From Histomonas meleagridis 2922-C6/04-290x (Eukaryota; Protista; Parabasalia): a stretch of DNA of 64,000 bases. Shown here piece after piece: positions 59,290-64,000 of this stretch (position 1 is its first letter; each line of letters opens with the position of its first letter). Where the stretch lies: contig JAANOX010000052.1 of assembly GCA_020184695.1 (NCBI GenBank), positions 186,001-250,000 of the forward strand, in the 5' to 3' direction. Position numbers and translations under genes: made by a program. The notes beneath the pieces were generated by a model that saw only the letters and a program-made list of their open reading frames with translations, was not told the origin of the DNA and ran no database searches.

Positions 59290-60983
59290 TAATATTAAGT
59301 CAATAATAGTAATTATGTGTTTTTTTTCGTTTTTATCATCACCAACTTGATATACAACATTGAAAAGATTGTTGATTGATCCTTTTGCTGGTATTGTTCC
59401 ATCAACATTCATACCATACCTTTCAGAACTTTCATCAAAGGTTTATACTATTTCAATCTTACTTTCAACATATACATTAACATATTTTATTGCACAGTAA
59501 TAGTATCCTTGGATTTTGATTGATGAGGATTCTTTAATTAAAACATATTACTTATAATTCAAAAAATCATTATTTTCCATACAATATTATATGATACAAA
59601 GATTTGGTTTCTACTACATAAGATGTATTTATTAAAGATATATATTTAACAAATCAATAAAAAAAATTTCTATACTCAAAAATAAAATAGAATTTTTGCA
59701 ACATGATTATATAATTATACTATATAATCGTACATATTATTTTAATGAAAATATATTTAGCATTTTAAATATAAATTTCTGGGTATAATTTAAAAATATA
59801 ATATTTCTTCCCTTTTTAATACAAAACCACTATCATATATTAGAATATTTGCATCTAAAAAGGTCATATATGTTGTTGTGTTACAGAAGCTTCACTTAAA
59901 TATTCCGCTACATTTGTACCAAATTCCATAAAAAATAATTACAATAAGGAATTGCTAGATCTCTACCATCTTTCCTTAAAACAACAAGTTTTCCATGTTC
60001 ATTTTCATGGATATATTGTAAAAGTTTAAAAAGATTTTGTATTATTTCTTTTCTTGTTTGTGGATGATAACATACAAATAATACTGTACATGTTGCACCA
60101 TCAATAAATCTAATTTTGCATCTTCTAAATCATAATCTTCTCTAGTATACTTAAGTATTTGTCCGTCACAAGTAGCATAAGTATCAATTTTTTGTCCTGA
60201 ATTTGTTAAATTATTAACACAACAATATCATCAGGATAAGCATAAGGCCAATTAGCATTCCAAGCCATCCAATCTTTTTCATGATATTCTGGATTACCTG
60301 CGATTTGATAAGAATCATATACAGATGTTAATATGCTTGTCTTATTATAAACATAATCAAGATTCAATCTTATCTAAAATCCATAATATGATCAAATCCT
60401 AAACTGATAATTAATAGCTCTCGGTAAATAAAATCAAATTCTTTAATTTGTCATTCGGTACACAACTTTTAAATTTCCAAAAGGATTTTCAAAAAAGAAT
60501 TCATTTTTTCATTAGTATTTATAAGAAATATTTTTTCTGAGATAAAAAATGAAATTAAATTCTCTTTGTACTTCAAAATAGTTTCTTTGTATAAACATGA
60601 TAATAAACAAATTAATGACGGGCCTGAATCAAATTCATTAATCTTTTCTGCAAATATTGGTATAAATTCATCGACATATTTCAATACATTTAAAGTAAAT
60701 TTTTTGAAATTCTTGATAAGCTGCAGTACGATTCCTATGAATCATGAAATCGAATATTTGCTGCGCCAACGAGTTTATTTATGTTTGGATTATATTATAC
60801 TTTCTCTGTAAATGGTACACATGTACCTTTTCCTTGTGTAGTCTCTCGATAGCGCTTTGCCATTGTTACATGATTAACTTGTAAGAAAAAAATCCTTAAA
60901 TTTCGTGCATGAATTTTCATTCCTTTTCGCATGCCTGAACATAGAATAGAAATATGGCCAGTGTCATCATTTGATAAAAACAC
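59290..60983 (-). pseudogene. Degenerate coding remnants of an unrecognised gene
   Basis: Protein-like fragments (YHEKDWMAWNANWPYAYPDD; RYGMNVDGTIPAKGSINNLF) are broken by stops and frameshifts. Confidence 0.35.
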
Positions 60984-61303
60984 ATGACTAATTCAATCGA
61001 ATTGAACACATGATCAGATCAGATAATAAAAAATAAATTTTATTTTTCATTTGCAAAATAAATTAATAATTTTATTTCAGCATTTTTGTTGAGTTATGAT
61101 ATTTTCGAGATATTTTAATTCTCGAATAGCTATGCTTGAATATTTTCAATGCATATCTGGTCGGATTCAAAAAAATTTGAACCCATCAAAACACGTTATT
61201 CACGAACATTTATATTGTATACAAAACGATAAAAATTTACTCAAAACATTTGTATAACCTCTTAATTTGCTCCAAGGTAACCATAAAACTACAAAAAATT
61301 TAC

Positions 61304-64000
61304 ATGGAATTTGGCGAGACTCAAAAAAGGAATATATCAAATCAAATTTTAATATATGAATTATATGACAAAAATTATCCATATACAGTTTTTTTGATAA
61401 CATGTCGATTAGTGTATTCATCTTTTGTTTCTCAAATGAAAGATTTTAAAATTTATTTTAATTTTTTAAGATTCTTGGAGAAAATATATGAGGAAATATG
61501 TAATTATAAAATGATGGATATTTTCTCAAGATATCTTTTTTCTCTAACTTCTCAAGAATCACATTACCTTTTAGATGAAATGTTTGATCAAGGAATGATT
61601 GATGAAACAGAATTAACCAAAAAAAGTTGTTTATATTTCGCACAACATATGAAAAAAAATGAAATCAACTCATTAACTATTGATCGGGCCAGTAAAGATG
61701 ATATTAAATCTAATCAGTTTAATGAATCTTTTTTAAAAAATTATGAAGAACTTTCAAAAAACAATTGGGCACTTCATAAGCAATTAATCAAAGAAGGAGT
61801 TAATCCGAATGAAATTGCGAAAATAATTCGAAATGATGAAATAGAAAAACTTCAAGAAATATCATCACAAACTGATTTTAATTATAATCAAAAAATTGAA
61901 CCATCACTTTATGAAAGATGTTCATTTATTAATCAAGAAAATACGACATTAATTGATTATGCAGCATTTTTCGGATCAGTTAAATGTTTTAAATATTTAC
62001 TTATGAATGGCGCAAAATTAGAAAACACAGGTAAATATGCAATTGCTAGTGGAAATATAGAAATCATTCATTTATGTGAACAACATCATTCATCATTTTA
62101 TGATTCATATGAAGCAGCTATTGAATTTCATCGATATGATATCTTTAAATATCTTTACGAAAATAAAATTGTTAAAACTATGCATTTAAATTTTTTATAT
62201 AAAAAATGTATTGTAAATAATTCATATGAAATTTTTTCATATTTGCTTGATAAAGAAGGATTGAAATTAGAAGCTTTCATATATGAATTGTCATCAACTG
62301 GAAATTTATATCTAATAAAATGTTTTTTTGAAGAATATCAATTACCAAATGATATATTTGTTTCTTGTGCAAGCTCAGGAAATATTGAACTTGTTAAATA
62401 TTTTCTTTATAAAAAAATTGATGTTAATGTAAGTAATGTCTCTTTGAAAAATTGGGAAATTGTTTATATTTCATTATGTTTCATATAAGTATTTGGTGAA
62501 TATTTAAGTTTTTTGACACAGCTTTGTTTCTAGCATCTGAAAATAAACATTTAGAAATCATTAAATTACTTGTTGAACAAAAAGGAATTGATATTAATGC
62601 AAAAAATATTTATTCGTTTTATTTAATAAATATTATAATATTTCAAAGTTTCAAAACAATATTTGGAAATGACTTAAATTATTTGATACAGCACTTATAT
62701 ATGAATCTGAAAATGGTCATGAAGAAATAGTCAAATTGCTTCTTGAACAAAAAGGAATTAAAATTAATGCTAAAAATAAAATTTATTTTAATAATTTGAT
62801 ATTTTAAAATAATACATGGAAATTACTTAAATTATTCGATACAGCACTCACAAAAGCATCTAGTTATGGTAAAATAGAAATAGTTAAATTACTTCTTGAA
62901 CAAAAAGGAATTAAAATTAATGCTAAAAATAAAATTTATTTTAATAATTTGATATTTTAAAATAATACATGGAAATTACTTAAATTATTCGATACAGCAC
63001 TCACAAAAGCATCTAGTTATGGTAAAATAGAAATAGTTAAATTACTTCTTGAACAAAAAGGAATTAAAATTAATGTTAAAAATAAAATTTATTTTAATAA
63101 TTTGATATTATAAAATAATATTTGGAAATTATTTAAAATATTTGATACAGCACTTATGAAAGTATCTTCAAAAGGTCATACAGAAATAGTTAAACTACTA
63201 CTTGAACGAAAAGAAATTGATATTAATGCTCAAGATATTTATTTGTTTTATTTAATATTTGTTTTAATAATTTAGAATTTCAAAATAATGTTTGGTAATT
63301 ATTTAAATTATTTTATACAGCACTTATGAAAGCATCTAGAAATGGTTCTATAGAAATAGTTAAATTACTTCTTGAACAAAAAGGAATTGATATTAATGTT
63401 ATAGATAATATTTATTTTAATAATTTAGAATTTCAAAATAATGTTTGGTAATTATTTAAATTATTTGAAACAGCACTTGTTTGGGCATCTGAAAATAATC
63501 ATGAAGAAATAGTTAAATTGCTTCTTGAACAAAAAAAGGAATTAAAATTAATGCTAAAAATATTTATTTGTTTTATTTGATGTTTATTTTAATAATTTTA
63601 TATTTCAAAATAATATTTGGAAATTATTTAATACAACACTTATTTGGGCATCTAAAAATGGTCATACAGAAATAGTTAAATTACTTCTTGAACAAAAAGG
63701 AATTAAAATTAATGCTAAAAATAAATTTTATTTTTAATAATTTAGAATTTCAAAATAATGTTTGGTAATTATTTAAATTATTTGAAACAGCACTTGTTTG
63801 GGCATCTGAAAATAATCATGAAGAAATAGTTAAATTAAAAAAAAAAAAAAAAGGAATTGATATTAATGCTAAAGATATTTATTTGTTTTTATTTTGGATT
63901 TATTTTAATAATTTTATATTTCAAAATAATATTTGGAAATGATTAAAAATATTTAATACAGCACTTATTAATGCATCTTTAAATGGTCATACAGAAATAG
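61304..64000 (+). CDS. DUF3447-type ankyrin-repeat gene 4 with at least 10 interrupted repeats (runs off window end)
   Basis: ORF to 62488 with LIDYAAFFGSVKCFKYLL. TAL/TTL codons near 62518, 62688, 62841, 62994, 63147, 63317, 63470, 63632, 63789 and 63958. Confidence 0.87.

Noticed and set aside
63838-63852. Long poly-A inside an ankyrin unit as a retroposition mark
   Set aside because: It replaces the LLEQ codons next to an existing A-run with no target-site duplication, so local slippage or assembly error is more likely.

Overview
AT-rich eukaryotic genomic DNA from a parabasalid (Trichomonas/Tritrichomonas/Histomonas-like). The assignment rests on the trichomonad-type ubiquitin, the divergent H3-H4 pair, Inr/M3/M5-like promoter motifs, BspA-type LRR genes and DUF3447-type ankyrin genes; the species cannot be fixed from sequence alone. 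The window contains housekeeping genes (NPL4, APC1, two Rabs, ARF, RNF5-like E3, H3/H4, HMG box, di-ubiquitin, RPL14, RPS9, RPL13A, RPL27A, CSN4), an unannotated RNase MRP RNA gene, a GBP-like GTPase, a PAS/pseudo-cyclase membrane protein, BspA genes and fragments, and a P-element-like transposase remnant. The most striking feature is four DUF3447-type ankyrin genes with 38 repeats in total, plus a relic. Every repeat is interrupted at the same point of the beta-hairpin loop by an AT-rich intervening sequence, mostly 63 or 80-83 nt. These inserts often carry stops or shift the frame, lack GT-AG ends, and keep a fixed internal geometry even in highly diverged copies. The repeats themselves are hypervariable at binding-surface codons, and the arrays differ completely between two near-identical gene copies. 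Many single-base frameshifts sit in homopolymers and may be assembly errors.
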